A model generated the notes under the pieces. It was not told the origin of the DNA and did not search any database. It saw only the letters and a list, made by a program, of their open reading frames with translations. Source: Moniliella sp. 'wahieum' (taxonomy: Eukaryota). From it: a DNA stretch of 64,000 bases. The stretch lies in NCBI GenBank assembly GCA_003971905.1, contig RSEE01000007.1, positions 248,001 through 312,000 on the forward strand. Reading direction: 5' to 3'. A program made the translations under genes and the position numbers. Positions 35,788 to 51,322 of the stretch are shown here, one piece after another; within the stretch, counting starts at the first letter, position 1; every line of letters begins with the position of its first letter.

Positions 35788-37741
35788 ATGGCCGCTCAGG
35801 CTCCGCCATCGCTTGCCAACTTGATGGAGCAGATGGAGCAAATCCGCCAGGAGAACCGCCAACTTCAAGCCCAAAATGCTGCCATCCTTGCCCAGCATGT
35901 AGACGCGCATGCAACCGTCTCTGCGCCCCATCCACCCCCAGCCCCTTTGCCCCTCCCACTCAATCTTTGGCCAGCATCCTTAGCGCCGCATCCGCCCCTG
36001 CGTTTCCCTCGCCGGACGCCAGCTATGATGTCTCCTTCCCATCGAGCATTCTGTCTCTCACAACCCGGTCCCACACCCCAGGCCTCCGCCATGGCCATCT
36101 ACGAACGGGCCTTGGCTCGGGACCAGCAGGAGTCGCTCGAGGTCCAGCGTAAACTCAACCAGCCTCTCGGCCCCGAACTCGTCTCGACCCGAGCGGGCCC
36201 AAGTAAGTACATCTGGCTGCTCCATACCTCTCTATCGTGCCGGCCGGGTAATCCCATGCTAACTCGTCGCGCTAGACGGACGCCCCCTCACGTACTTGGC
36301 TACCCACCAGGCTGTCCGTCTTGCTAACGACGTGTTTCGCCATGACCAGTGGTCCTCCGACATTCTCGAAATCCACCCCGAGTTTCGTATGCGCTCTGAA
36401 AACACATATGACGTACTGTTGGGTACGAGTCAAGGTCACTCTGCGCAATGGAGCCTATCGCCAAGACGTTGGCGCCCATTCCCTCACCAACCAACGCGAC
36501 TTGGACTCAGCCCGCGAAAATGTGAGTTCATGCGCTGGCCACTTGGTGTCCGATCAGTAACCATGAACGAATGCTGACTTTGTTCCAGGCTATGAAGTCG
36601 GCTGTTTCGGATGGGATCAAGCGCTGCCTCAAAGCGTTCGGGGATCGGTTAGGGTACGTCCCTCGCATTGGTTTTGCATTTCGGATAGCTGACATGACTC
36701 TTTTTACGAAAGCCTCTGCTTGTATGACGAGAAATATCGCCGCTTTGCTAGCAACCTATCCAAGGTCAAAATGGTCCGTTTAACCCCCCTCACCCCCGAC
36801 ACCTTACCCTATCTCTAGTAGAACCAAGCTGACTCTGGCCTAGGATTACGACGTTACCAACGTGTACCGAGGTGATCAATTTATGGCCCCAGAAAGCGCC
36901 CCCACCCTACGGAGCGTCTTCCGCCCCTAACCAAGCTTCTTCTGCTGCCCCGAATGCTGTTGTAACTGTTGTTCCACCCCGGCCTGCTACGCCAAAGGTA
37001 TCCGCACCAACAACCGCGACCGGTTCGGCCAACGGCTCGGCCCAAGCCTCGGCCCACCGCAGTGGTTCTGCCCCCGCTGCTCAGATGTCCGCGGGGCTTC
37101 AATTTGAAGCGCAAAAGGCCAAAGCGGCGCGGGAAGCCTTGGAGAAGCGGCAACGTCACCAGCAGAAACTAAAGCAGGAACAAGAGGCCAAAAAGGAGCC
37201 GGTCGAGGCCACTGAAATCAAGCGCAAAACGGACGATGGCGACGCACGATGGGGCAAGCGAATCCATTCGGAACCACAAGTCTCGTTCTCTGGCCCGCCT
37301 GCGTTATTACCCGATGGCAAGACCGCTTCTGCCCCCACTGAAGAGGCAGAAGAAGACACCATTGACGCTGAACTCATTTCATCGCAACTCGAGTCCTTCT
37401 TCAAAGACGATCTTGAGGAGCCCGAGGGACCGGCAACTACGTCTTCGGGTGTGTTTCGTGCACCTGACACGGTAAGTGCTCCTTCACGAACCCATCTCAC
37501 CTAATTTATCCTGATTCCTGTTCTTGGTTGCATGCACCTTTCCGTCTCGCCTTTCCACCCTTTGTCCTTCCTGCTCGCATCCCATAGTGTTCTGTGGTTT
37601 GGTAGCACTGTGCTGACCCCTTTCGCGCCCCTAGTTATCGCCTCATCAACTGCTCTTGGCTTTGTCCCCAGGATGGGCCGACGACCCGTCGTGCTGGGGA
37701 CATGCCCACCCCATCGAAACCTACGTTCCCACCCCGGCTAA
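35788..37741 (+). CDS. Divergent Rad52/Rad22-family single-strand annealing protein (about 5 introns; 3' end approximate)
   Basis: Spliced and stitched: KLNQPLGPELVSTRAGP...AVRLANDVFRHDQWSSDI...VRVKVTLRNGAYRQDVG...SARENAMKSAVSDGIKRCLKAFGDRLG-CLYDEKY, colinear with Rad52 motifs [61 protein letters not shown]. Confidence 0.8.
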
Positions 37742-37949
37742 GCGACGCTCGCCATCAATCCCCCCCGGTCGCGTCCTCTGTCAAACAAACGACGGGCAAT
37801 GCTCCGCGGCGGGAAACGCCCCGGCCAGCCTTTGGCTCCTCGTCCTCTATCGAGTCGGCTGCGCTTTCCCACCGAGTGAGCAGTCGAGGGGTGGGAGTCG
37901 TACGCAGAGGCCGGTTTCGCAAGTGGGAGGCAGACGCCCTTCGCAACCA

Positions 37950-38048
37950 GTCGGGTTAGCTCAGATGGGAGAGCGTGAGATTGAAGCGATTCAATATTCA
38001 ATCCGAAAGGATTCCTCAAGGTCCCCGGTTCGATCCCGGGACACGACA
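37950..38048 (+). tRNA. tRNA-Phe(GAA) with about 26-nt intron
   Basis: GTCGGGT acceptor/ACACGAC(A), D-arm TAGCTCAGATGGGAGAGC, anticodon loop TTGAAG followed by intron (about 37987-38012), T-arm CCCGGTTCGATCCCGGG, T-run terminator. One acceptor-stem and one anticodon-stem mismatch. Confidence 0.88.
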
Positions 38049-38049
38049 C

Positions 38050-38092
38050 TTTTTGTCTTTTGTTTTGTTTTGTTTTGCTTTGCTTTGCTTTT
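38050..38092. repeat. (TTTGT)/(TTTGC) simple repeat downstream of the tRNA
   Basis: Pentamer run visible in sequence. Confidence 0.7.
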
Positions 38093-38207
38093 CCTTGTGA
38101 ACGCAAAAGAGGTACAGGCGAACAGAACCTCAAACTATTTTGTGTAGCCATGGATTCCGGCAGAAGTGCATGTCCTAGTTTGGCTGATCGCTCATCATCC
38201 GTCCCTT

Positions 38208-40339
<2,132 letters not shown>

Positions 40340-43300
40340 GCTAGAGTGCGACTTGGGAGCACTCGCGTTCCTATGGATCAGGTGCAAAGCAGCCTTCAGA
40401 CGGCCTGCTAGCGGAATGCTTCCGCTCGGCTAGGCGAGCGTCACCGATCCATTGCATTATAGCATGCTGCCTTTCCCTCCAGGAATCACAGCGGCTTCAC
40501 AAGCAACTGGGCCTAGGGTGATACTCACTCCTGTTTGACCAGATGCTCACACAACGGGAGGAGAGACTTTGCTGTTTCTGATGCAAACAAGAAAATGTTC
40601 TTTGTTCATACCTAGACTCGGTCCGTGGTATGTGCATGTTGCCCAGAAGCAGAGGCTGTTAAGAGAGCTTGGCCAATTGGACACATTGTCTGCAAAACCA
40701 TTGGCCCATCCCTCCAGCTGGAGACGGACCAGTTCTTTCGGTCACAGGCCGTGGCACTGTGAGGGTGCTGATGCCCTTCTTCATTTCCTCCCCGTCCCAC
40801 GTGCCTATGTCGTGCCAGGATGGAAGTCAGTAAGCCAAGAGTTTCCGCTGCCCGGGGTGGAGTGCACGGCAATTTACTGATGGCCGTCGTTGAGGTGCAG
40901 CTTTTGGTCATGTTCACCTAGGTAAGAAAGACGGTACGTGTCGTTTTGCATGTGTGAACTTCAGCAGTTTGGTCGTCTCGTCCTGGGCCGAGTTGGCCCC
41001 GATGTTGTACCACAAGTCACTGTCGGCGTCGTGTTTCCACAAGGCGGGAAGATAGGCGCGGTAATACCGAGCGGGTGAACAGGTTCCCCAAGGTACATGT
41101 GAATAGCCAGATCGCGTGGATGCTTATTGACCATCGGCTCAGTCACTTGTGCCGATCAGATCCCATCGTCCATTGTGTGGTTCTTCAATGAACCCGTCCT
41201 TTTGAGGGCCTGGACCATCGCCCTGAGCGACCAGGATTGGGATACTGTGACATCTTGGAGCGGATGGACGAGTCCGAGGACATGTATGAGGTGGAAAATG
41301 CGGTCTCGCCCGAAGGACCCAATGTATATCGTCTCCTGATACAAACTGCTCGATACACACAAGCTGGCACACCTTCTCGATTGCCTTTTAGTTTTGTTGA
41401 GCGAGTAAAGAGGCAATTTCCCTTCGGTCTTGCCCGCGACTTGTGCGAATGTGGTCTTCTCTCGCAACGAGATAGTTGGACTGGAGTATTCGTGCTGTAT
41501 ATAGCTGCTGTCACGACTATCTCAAGTGCACAACTAAAGAATCTATATATTAAACGCCCAGGCTGCAGGGGGGTGCCTAGAGCTAGCGGTTGGCGTGCGG
41601 GGGCAACACTGGCGCCATGCGGGTGGACCACCGGTGGTTGCGCCTATAACCGCACGCAGCTGCGACGATGCGCTTGCCTCACGACTACCACCACCAACAC
41701 CGCCACCGCCCCTCTCTCGCTGGCCACACACTGTGCTACCGGAGCTGGCGCCATGTGCCCGGCTCATTGCGCTACCATTATCTGCCCCCCCGCCGACGCG
41801 CTTGCTGTGCAAGCTCCTGACCTCGGTATGTCCACGCCCTCCGGGCGGATGCCTGTCGTACTGACTTGTCTGTGCGCAGCTGACGGAACCGAGTCGACCA
41901 CGCCTGGTGGCATGGTCTTGCTTGGTAGACGGTCGACGGTGACACGGTTGCCTCCGCTGGGGCTCGACGGTCAGTACCTGTGTTTTGTCCTTGTCCACCC
42001 ATTCACTGATAACGCCTTTGAGCAGGATGACTAGATGACTGGAGATGGCGCTCAAAAGTTCTGCAACAACGAACACGGACATGTGCAGGCTTGCGCACAG
42101 ATCGTCCACCGTATGTGTCGCCTGGCTCATCATTCTCTCTTTCTCGACCGCGATGACGCTTCACCCGCCCGTGCGACCTGGCCCTTGGATCTTGATTTTT
42201 GCCCTTCGGTCCCATTTCATCTCGGTGGCCCCATGATGTTTTCCCTTCGTGATTCAGCGACGAAGGCGAAGTCTCTGGCTGCCGCCGGCCTGAGGCTCTT
42301 ATAACAACCTGCCGTTGCCTTGGCCGCCTCTCTACTCCGTTCCGTGTCTGACCCTGGCAATGCATGCTTTGAAAAGTAATCCACTGCCTACTGATCTGGC
42401 AGTATGTGGCAGGCTATCCACCACCCTAGCCCCCGCCTGTCGGCAAGATTTTGCGACCCGTCCGGGGATCCCTGGTGGATAGATGGGGGATATCTGGTGG
42501 ATAGCTGGGGGCAACCTGGGGGCAAACTGTCGGGCAGATTGTCTCGACCTTGTGACGATCTTGCCGCCAGCGTCCCTTGTCGCGAGATTGTGGCAACACT
42601 GGTAATAGTCTGGCGAACACCACAGTTAATCTCGCGGCAAAAGGTCCGCGGCAACCTTGTAACCAGAAATTTCGATTAGCTATGTCCAATACGAGGAGAC
42701 CCCGGGCCTACGGCCCGGTCAGCTGGGGCGAAGCCCAGATGCCGTTCCCCCTTCGCCACCGGAGCCACCGTTCCACCGTCGCCAACTTCGTTCTGGCTGC
42801 AGGGGGCGTGTGGAACGTGGCACGGGGCAGCTGATGTATAAAAAGTGCACAGAGTGAAATGAGGAATAATATAATGTCCAATATTTCTTCGTTCCGAGCA
42901 TCTCGCTCATTCCCTGTTCTTCTGCTTCGCACCATATCCTCTGTTCCTGCTTCCTCCCCACGGACGATTGCTACATCCATGGCCTATAGTCTCGACTCGG
43001 GTCTCCCTCGCCTCGGCCGTTCTTGTCTCCTTTTCATGTCGGAAATCCGTGTCGTCCTCCCTCGCTCTATACAAATATAGTAGTTCTCCGGACAGACCAC
43101 CTCCGGGAACTGGAAGCTTCTTCTTCTGTGAAGGCTGGCTATGACTAGTATGACTGGCTCGGTTCGTTCTACGGTACCCTGTCTCCCGGTCAGGAAAGCA
43201 AGAAAAGAAGGCCCACAGACGCGCTCCCGGGAGGTAACAGGGGGGGGGGGGGGGGCTAGGCTAAGTAGGAGGGGGGCAGGCTCGCTCATGCTCACACTGG

Positions 43301-43750
43301 CACCAAGCTGCCGCAGCCCCACAGACACAGACGCCAGGCAGAAGATGCAGCCCCACTGGCTGCGGCCGGCTGGCGCAGTGCAGGCGACAGCTGATATATG
43401 ATGCCCTACCCACCTCCCGCATCCTACCGCTTTCCCTCGCAGCACCACGCAGCACTGCTGCCGCCGCCCAGGTGGCGCACAGGCGAGCTGCCCCGTGCTG
43501 CTCCCTATCGCCACACTGGCACCGTGCGGGTGTGTCTCAGCAGCAGCTCTCAGGCGACGGGAACCCGGCGGCCGCCGTCGCCTGGGTGGGCGGCTGTGGT
43601 GCGCCGGTGGTGCAGAGGTCGCTGCCCACACTGCAGACCAAAAACCCAACAGGAGCAGTCGTGCTTATATATCCCCTCTCCTGACCTCCTCGATCCCTCT
43701 GCCTCCACCATCCCTCCGCCACCGCCATCCGCCACCACCGTCTTCCCAAC

Positions 43751-44549
43751 ATGTCCTCCACCGATATTATCCGTCGCAAGCTGGTCATCGTGGGCGATGG
43801 TGCTGCGGTAAGACGTGTTGCTCATCGTCTTTAGCAAAGGCACCTTCCCCGAGGTCTACGTCCCGACCGTATTTGAGGTACGCTCCTGTCTGCCTCTGCG
43901 CCCACTCGCCTATATGCAGAGAAGAGAGGACTGAATGCAGAGAAGAGAGGACTGACGCACGCTCTGGCTGTCTTTGTAGAACCATGGCACGTCGATCGCT
44001 TCTTGCTGAATGCAGTGTGTCCTTGCGCGCGAGCTAACGTCCTCCCTTCCCCCTCTGCCCCCGCTGTCCCGCCTTGTTGTGGCTGCAGTGGCTGAAGTGC
44101 AGGTCGATGGCAAGCACGTCGAGCTTGCGCTCTGGGACACGGCTGGGCAGGAAGACTACGACCGTCTCCGCCCGCTCTCCTACCCCGACTCGCACGTGAT
44201 TCTCATCTGCTTTGCCGTTGACAGTCCCGACTCGCTGGACAATGTGCAAGAAAAGTGGATCTCGGAGGTGTTGCACTTTGCCGTCAACTTGCCGATCCTG
44301 CTGGTAGGGTGCAAGATGGACCTGCGGCACGACCCGCGGATTGTGGAGGAACTGGCGCCGCACCAACCAACGCCCAGTCACGTTCCAACAGGGAAGCAAC
44401 ATGGCACACAATTGGGGCTCGCGCTACATTGAATGCTCGGCCAAGTTGGGGACAGGCGTGCGCGAGGTGTTTGAGACGGCCACCCGCGCCGCCCTGTCCG
44501 TTAACATGGTAAGCGTGGTACGGGCGGTGGTCGTTGCCCCTTGCTCTAG
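43751..44549 (+). CDS. RHO1: Rho1-family small GTPase, paralog 2 (several indels: assembly error or pseudogene)
   Basis: [17 protein letters not shown]...; same exon structure with microexon AACCATG at 43980-43986; same RCPLL tail as paralog 1 after indel correction; 21-bp tandem duplication in intron 1. Confidence 0.85.
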
Positions 44550-45276
44550 CCTTGTACCTTTTTCTTCCCCTCAATATCCTCATCATGTTAGCCTCCTTGC
44601 GGGCTTGCTTATGTTTCTGTTTTTCATCCATACCTCCCTGCCGGCATCGCCCCCATTATAGCAACGCTTCCCTGTGCATTTGAATTGGTTTATATCCCAC
44701 GCGACTCGCACTGCCTGTCGCGGTAGTTCGTAGCGCTAGCGCACGCTGCACGACGAAGTGGACGTTCTCATCCGGCAATGAGAGGTGTGATTGTGGCCTG
44801 CTCTTTTGGGGGCGTGGGTACGGGTGGTGTAACGGTCATCTCGTTCCTTGTCCTATTGTATCTCAAGAGTGGGGGAATGTACACACCCTAACGGCGAAAA
44901 GGTGAAAAAAGGTATACAGAGCGGATAGATACAGCCCATGCACAGCTTCCACGCAGAAAGGCGCAGGGGAGCAGCGCCACTGGGACCGATAACCATATAG
45001 GGTAGACAGACAACACAGAGAGGAAGGAGATCCAGCCTGGACCCAAGTGGTGAGGACTTGGAAGGGGACGTCGTGGGGTGGACATAGGAGAGGCGTGGGG
45101 ACCAGGGTATCGACGTGGCGTAGGCCCTGCAAAGAGCCACCTTCTCCTAAAACGCACCAGCGTTCGACGCTCAGCGCTGGACGAGGGAGGCGTGGGAACA
45201 AAACAAAAGAGAACCAACAAAAGGGAATGCAACACAACACAAATGGTGGGGGTTGCGTGGACCCAAGGTCCCAGGA

Positions 45277-48074
45277 TCAAAAAGGGACTGTGGTGCCGCG
45301 ATAACTGCGGAGGCTTGCGGCAGAACCAAGCCAGCGGCGCCCGGGCAGTTCATGAGACGTGACGTAGGTCGTACCAGCTGGGGCAAAGAGCGCATGGGCG
45401 GCGGCAAAGTCGTGAGCCGAAGAAGAAAAAGGACCAATCTGAACTGTACCCGAGGAGAAGCCAAGATGGGCGACAAGCATGCCAGCAGAAGAAACACTGA
45501 AATGAGCACAGCCCATCCCACATGCACCACGAACCGATTGTGTTTGGGTCGCGTCTGCTCTGGCGTACGGCCTTGGCTTATGTCGGCCACAACGCGGAGA
45601 GGTCTGGGCCACCCACGCCTGGATCTGCTGGGCGAGAGAAATCTTTGAGCTTGAATGCAATCCAAGTGGGGGCAGTGGGACCAAAGCCTGCATTCGCTCC
45701 TCCAGGAGCGTGCACCGCAGCCCCAGCTGGTGACTCATCTCGGCATATTCGGTCCACTTGGCCAGACCCGGATGAGCCGCCTGAAATGCAGCGGAAGGAA
45801 GATGGTGAGGATGAAGACGCTCAGTGATCGTCCTCTCCAGTGCGGCCTCATCATACGTTGGCGGTGGCACCTCTTGCACTGACGGTTTCGGCTCAAAGTG
45901 GGTTTGAGTAGCTTGCTCGGCATACTCAATCGCACCCTTCCGTTTGAACGGCGCTTGTATCGTTTCGTGAGCATTAGTTCGACAAAAGAGTTGTCCCGGA
46001 CTCCCCGCCCTCGGGAAGGGACGCGTCCGAATCAGAATCGGGACCGGATTCCTCCTCTCCATGGGCCAAGGCCAGCTCGCGGGCCAATTCGGCGGCAAGC
46101 CGACGCGACGGCGTCCCATCCAGGGTGGCGGGGCCATTTGCGCCTCTCCCTTGGCCAAGGCCATTGGCGGTCGTGGCGGCCGAGCCCGCTCTGCAAGCTC
46201 GTCCTTGAGTTTGCTCACCGTCGTCCGCAGGGCCAATGTGTCCTGCGCTAGCTTCTCATTTTCACTCTGCAAACCCAACAGCTGTTCCACCCGCTGCTTT
46301 TCTCCTCGATTGCATGCTTGAGCCGAGCACATTCGGCTTGTGCCTGAAGTGACGTTAAATAGGGAAAGGTTAGTGGGCCGCTAGACCGATCGCATCATGA
46401 AAAGGGGAGAGACGCACCATCTCAGCTCGTTCCCGCTCGTGTCCTCGCTTTCTCTGAGACTGGACAATTGATCACGTAGCTCATCCCGTTGCCGACGCAG
46501 ATGCTCCGTCTCGACTGCGCATGCAGAAATGCTGGTTAATACATATCAACTCAGTAACAACCAAGGGAGCCACGTACCCATCAGATCCTCCATTTGTTCC
46601 CGACCTTGGCATGGATCTCTTCCAGGTCGGCATTGCGGCGGGTCAAAGCTGCGAGCTCGACCTCAAGCAAAGCCATTTGGTCGGCCACATGCGCTGCCTT
46701 AAGCAAAGCCTCCCGCTCTTCTCGTTTCTTCGTCGCAAGATTGTCTTCCGCCGCCTCAAGCTGGGCATGCAGCTCGGCAACTTGATCTTCATGCTCGTCT
46801 TCTTTCGTCTCAAGTGTGCGTTCCAACAACGTCCGCGCCCGGGCCAGCCGATCGTTTTCTCGCAGCAGCTCCGCCGTAGTAGACATATGCCTCCCGAAAC
46901 TGGCATCTGCATAGCCCATCGCCGATAGGGACATTGCTCCCCCTGGTCCAGCTCAGGGCTGAAGGAACGGTTGAGGATGTCGCTGCCGGGTGGTAGGAGG
47001 TGCGACGGATGGCGGACACCATATCGTTCTCGCTCGTATCAGGACTAGGAGGGACCACATCGGAAGAGCGGCTATGCCGGGCTGATTTGGGTCGTGCCCA
47101 AGACGTCGGGGGAGGGTTGGCCTTGCCATGCGCTCGCAGCACGTCCTCCTCCCCGGGACTGTTAGGCCCTCTCTTGCCCCCACCGACGGGTTTCAGCGTA
47201 CTCAGCCGGTGCCGTCGGGAATGGGGAGAGGAGGAGCCCAGGGCAGATGTTCTTCGAGCCGGGGTGGATGCAGTGAGAGAGGAAGGGTGATGTCGGGCCA
47301 TGCTCTGGGATGCGCTGTAGTCCAATCCAATATCCTCCTCGCTTAGCTCGTTCTCGGGCGGAGGTGAGGAGGCCAAGGCACGCTGGTACAGCCCTTCCTC
47401 TCGTCCATGGAATGGTCCTCCCAATCGGTAGGATTGGGTGGGAGGGAAGTGAAAGTTCAGGAGGTGCTGCCTTGTGCATTGAGTCGTCCTCTTCGTCCGA
47501 GGCCAAAGCCGAGGAAGCCGGCGAGGGGGGCGGGGGGAATCGGAAGTTTCTTGCTCGAATGCTCGTTGAAGGCCAAGGATCATCTCGACTTTCTCAGGTT
47601 CGATGCCGACTGAGGCATTCTGTGATGCGAACGCCTCGATCTGGGGGAGTAAGTTGGGGTGAATCAACGGCTTCACATCCACATCGGCATCGCCACCTTG
47701 CTCTTGGCGCTCAGCGCGCATGTCTTCAAACTCGCGAAAGATGGCGGGCAGGTCGCCGCAGCGCAGGTGACCGGAAGGCAAGTCACTCGTGTCAGGGTCG
47801 ATATCGGTGCTGGCATCGGGGTCAGAGGCGATGTGCTGGCTTTTGTCGACAAAACGGCGGAAAATCTCTTGGACCTGCAGCTCCACCCGACGCTCATCCA
47901 GAGTGTGCTGGCCGGGCGGCGGGGAAGGCGGGCGGGGGGCAGAGGAGGGGTCAGGGACGGCCTCGGGGATGGCATCAGGAGTGGCAGGGGAAGAGGCGGC
48001 GGCGGGTGTCGGTGTCGGGTGTCGGTGTCGGGGGGCGTAGGGGCAGATATGGGGTTGTCGGGGGCGGGCAACAT
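45277..48074 (-). CDS. Coiled-coil tail-anchored protein, KASH/Kms1-like architecture
   Basis: N-terminal helical domain (VQEIFRRF...LPAIFREFE), S/P-rich linker, long heptad region (ELLRENDRL...LHAQLEAAEDNLATKKREERE), one late hydrophobic segment (VVHVGWAVLISVFLL-MLVAHL), short tail ending TTVPF*; introns about 46330-46590. Confidence 0.6.
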
Positions 48075-48664
48075 GGCAGCAGCGCAGACCCAACAAGACA
48101 CGCAGGTGGTGGCAGCAACAACAAAAACGCGAGCGCTGGCTGGCACGTGGTCGCCGGAAATCAAGCCAACATGGGAGGGGCAAGCAACACGCAGGGCTTG
48201 AGCTTGAAATTGAACGTTCCATTGGTTGGGCGCGTGCATTTGAATTTGAACGTTCACTCTGTCCGCCGGCGCCACACTGCAAGCCACCCTGACTAATTAT
48301 TCGCGAGCTGTCCGGATGAGCACCTGTGACAGTCACCTGTGACGCCCCACCTGGACCCTCCCGCTTGGTGGCCAGCACCTCTGTCGGGCGCTCAGCGATT
48401 TTGTGGTCTGCGGGTGCTACTAGCTCATTAACCCATCGGCAATTTGTCGTCCCCAATAAATGGACTAAAGGGAGACCCCACGGGAAGAATCTTGCCCGGT
48501 ATTTCACCGCCCTGGCAATGACCGTTTGCATCTTTTCATGTGGTTTTTGCCTCTCCCCTATACACCGTGGGAATGAAAGCTAGGCTCCTAAACCAGACTG
48601 TGCTACAAGTCTCGTTCATCTGAACATGTGTACCGTTCGCTCAAACGGTCACCGAAAAATTATA

Positions 48665-51161
48665 TTATGCATGCTGCGCTTGTTCAGCCCAAACGTGACG
48701 CACCGCGTCGACTTCCTCTTGCGTAGGTACTGCCTCGGCTCCAAGCCAGGCAGTTATCCAGCCACGTAAGGCAACCTGTTCCTTGGTCCGCTCGGCTTCC
48801 AACAGCGCCAACACGAGAGTTAACCGCGTGGGTCGGAGAGAAAGATGTCGCATCCAGCCCAGGAAGCTGAGCAGCTCGTCCGGCTCGGTTCCTTGGAGCG
48901 CACCAACCCCCCGTTGCCTCGCCTCCAGTACCGTCATGCTCAGCCCCAGTTGGTAGATGGCTAGCGCATACGCTTCGCATAGCCTTGCATCCACCGTGAT
49001 GCTTTTGCCCTTCCCGATGCGTTGCCAGCGCGCCAGAACGCCGCCACCGCCTCCGATGGTACGGGGCCATCTGTGCCTTGTGGGTCTTGGGGATCAGCAG
49101 AAGACCGAGACGGAGAGGCAGACTTTTCCTTTGTCCGCGGGGGGAAGAGGGCATCAACAATCGCTGTTGTAAACCAGCGGTGGGAGGCAGGCACGGGCGC
49201 CCGTGGTCGTGCGCGTGCACGTGCCTCGGCACGCTCGTCCTCGAGAGGATGAACGACTTGGGGTAGCTGCGGTGCCTGTGCCAGCAATGCCGTACGGAAA
49301 ATTTGGGCTGCCACTGCCATGGGCGGTAGTGCGTGCCAGCCAACCCGGTTGGCCAACAAGAACGCCGATCCGGACCGGGTCAACCACGGAACGACCGAGT
49401 GCGCTAGTGGTTCGGACCACTGTGGTGTTTCGCTGGGAGGCAGGGGAAGTGACAGGAAAGGGATAGGATAATTTGCAGGCCGCTCGGAGCATGCCGTCGA
49501 GACATGACGTATCGGGTCGAATGCCGTACCGCCCCACTGCCTCGTCAAACCAGAGGAAGGCGGAGGCTGGGTCGTGCAGGACCAAGGCCTCAAAGGTCCG
49601 CTGGAGCAAGCGCGCCGTGCCCCGTATCCCGCGCGGGGGCGCGTCCACCACTTGCAGATGATCCGCTAACAGCGCCTGGGCCTCGTCCCACTGGTCCAGC
49701 CGGATCAGGGACTCAGCGGCCAACGTCACGAGCTCCAGCGTCGGGGGTACCTCGGCTTCTTCCATACGATCCACACACTTAGTGCACCATCGTGTGACCC
49801 GAGACTTTGGCACAGTTCCATCGCCCTTCTGCCCACTGGGTTAGCGCCTCATCCGCCCGGGACGGCGACGCGAGAAAATCCTGCACCGAATCCAACACCT
49901 CTTGCACCAAGTGGTCCCTTGCTGCGCTATCTAGGTCGCCATGGGAAGCGCGTTGCAGGTTAGATACAGGCAGATGAGCGGGCTCAAGAGCCGTACGAGG
50001 TGACGCGAAGCGATCGTTGGATCTGGTTCGGAGAGCTGAGTATGTTGCGCCGTAAACGCCTCGAGTTGGCCAAGCGCCTGCTCAGCTTCCGGTCCTTCCA
50101 ACCCCAACAGCGTCTCACGGACTTGGAGCAAAGTGTGGCGGGCCTGGATAACCGGCTGCTCGTGCGGGTCCAACGTATCTTGGATAGGCAGCTCGGAAAT
50201 ACCGTCGGGCGACAGTGCGAGAGACAGATCAGAAACGTCTGGTGACCCAGCTGGGGGCGCCGGATGCTCGGGCAGAGCAAGTGCCGCTGGATCATCCCGC
50301 ACCGCCTCGTCCACAGATATAATGGGCGGTCCAAAAGCGCAAGGGCTCCTCCCCCCGTCCCCGTTCCGGTCGTTTTCATTGGTGAGCTGCCTTCCTGGGG
50401 CGCAGACAGTAGCGCAATGGACTGCTGATCGCGTTGAAGGAGAGCACGACGAGTGAGACGCGTAGCTACGGTGGTGAGCCAAGGGGCGAATTCAGCCCAC
50501 TGGTGGTGGCCGAGCCAACGGTGAGCAGCAAGGCGGATGAGGTGGGTGCTGGTCACCCCGGATCCATCGCTCTCGGCGGCCAGGGTAAGCTCCAACGACG
50601 ATTGCAGGAGCAGCACGTGCGGGCGTGCGGGACAGCTCAATGGCCCGCTTGACCAGAAAAGAGGGCCAGACAATAGCGCCGGCGGTGACCAAGGTGCGAT
50701 GCAGCTGGTCAAACGTAGTGTTGGTCAGCCCCACACACCAGCCGACAAACTCGCGTTCTGGGATGCCGCGCTGCTGCAGCTCGAGCAGCAGCTCTTCAGG
50801 CGGGACAAGAGAGGCGGCGGACACGCCACCATCGGGCATTCGCTGGCCAGATTGTAGAGCTGCTCGACAGTTTCGGGGGGACGGCGGACGGAGGCAATCT
50901 GGGTGGGCTGGGGCAGAAGCGGGTGGTGAGGGCGCCGTTGGAGAGGCGGGCGAGGGAGAAGGCATGGGGGCGATGGGGCGTGTTGGAGGTGGAGGAGTGG
51001 TGAGGCGGAGTTGGCGTCGCAAGGGCGGCGGAGGGGAGGGGGCCGCCTGCGACCCGAGCCGCGGGGCGAAGGGGAGTACCGAGGCCAGCTCCGAGGCCAA
51101 CGCGGAGGCCTGCCGCAATGCGCGGCGGCCGGGCGAGCGCAGGCGAGCGCAGCACCCGCAT
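48665..51161 (-). CDS. Helical-repeat (PPR-like) probable mitochondrial protein
   Basis: Arg/Ala-rich N-terminus; PPR-like unit AFLWFDEAVGRYGIRPDTSCLDGMLRAAC; fragmented by indels. Confidence 0.55.
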
Positions 51162-51322
51162 CGCTCGCTTGGGGGTCGCCGGGGTTAGCGGGTAGGCGGC
51201 ACAAGAAGAAGAAGCGCTCCACCGGGGACGAGGCACAGATGACGTAACAGCACATGCCGCGCCGCGCACCACCACCGCCAGCCAGCCGCCGCACCGCGCC
51301 TCCCTTCCCACCCGTGGGCACG

